Assembly: GCF_018350175.1 (NCBI RefSeq)
Contig: NC_058368.1
Span: 211,670,001-211,734,000 of the forward strand
DNA: 64,000 bases
DNA from: Felis catus
Lineage: Eukaryota
Reading direction: 5' to 3'
A model generated the notes under the pieces. That model saw only the letters and a program-made list of their open reading frames with translations, made no database searches and was not told the origin of the DNA. Shown piece after piece: positions 63,572 through 64,000 of this stretch. The position numbers were made by a program, and so were the translations under genes. Within the stretch, counting starts at the first letter, position 1. Every line of letters begins with the position of its first letter.

Positions 63572-63639
63572 AAAAGAAAGAACAAAGAAAGAAAAAAGGA
63601 AGGAAGAAAGAAAGGAAGAAAGACAAAAAAAACCCCAAA
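63325..63639 (+). mobile_element. Can-SINE with (GAAA)n-derived tail (63506-63622)
   Basis: Head GGGGCACCTGGGTGGCTCAG; degenerate TSD A.CAGAT.CTACA.GC. Confidence 0.93.
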
Positions 63640-64000
63640 ACCAGATGCTACATGCTTATGAGCTACTTATTGAACAAATTATGTGCACACTTTAGATGAT
63701 CAGGACATTACAAACATACAGATGTGGCCCTGGAAACTTTTGTTTGTTTGTTTTTGAGTTGTTCGCCCCCAATAAAATCCCTGAATAATGCTTGAAAATG
63801 TATAAATCAATTCTTACATTTGTATAGGATCTTCTACTATGTATTATGTTTTCATTGTTTCAGTTTATGATTTCTCAAAGGATTGTACATGAGATGATTT
63901 TAGGAATTACATGGATGAAGATTTAAAAATTTAATAGCTATATGATTATTTTATGTGCACTAAAAAGCACAAAAGTGTGAAGTGTGTTAATTAAAGGAAA

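Overview
Mammalian nuclear DNA, almost certainly from a felid (cat-like). About 30 tRNA-derived Can-SINEs carry the feline SINEC_Fc-type head GGGGCGCCTGGGTGGCTCAGTCGGTTAAGCGTCCGACTTCGGCTCAGG, and there is a very young 5'-truncated L1. I recognise no host protein-coding gene, so the window reads as intergenic or intronic. It is dominated by interspersed repeats: SINEs, L1/L2/L3, MIR, MaLR (MLT1) and ERV LTRs, and hAT DNA transposons (Charlie1, MER45, MER53, MER58, MER102). The only long ORF (15581-16570) is L1 ORF2. The most unusual structure is a 1164-bp foldback-like cassette (51794-52957): two 188-bp inverted arms (186/188 identical) enclose a 100-bp-unit tandem array whose unit is itself hairpin-rich and carries a DR2-like nuclear receptor motif. 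Other observations are a ~280-bp hairpin around opposed GT/CA microsatellites (12255-12533), an unidentified decayed reading frame (~9.76-10.32 kb), a dense TF-motif cluster (~39.3 kb), a strong CTCF motif (~56.9 kb), near-identical inverted SINE pairs, and a MER53 hairpin with the miR-1302 seed. Repeat subfamily names are from recall of consensus sequences and need RepeatMasker/Dfam confirmation. Boundaries of old repeats are approximate.
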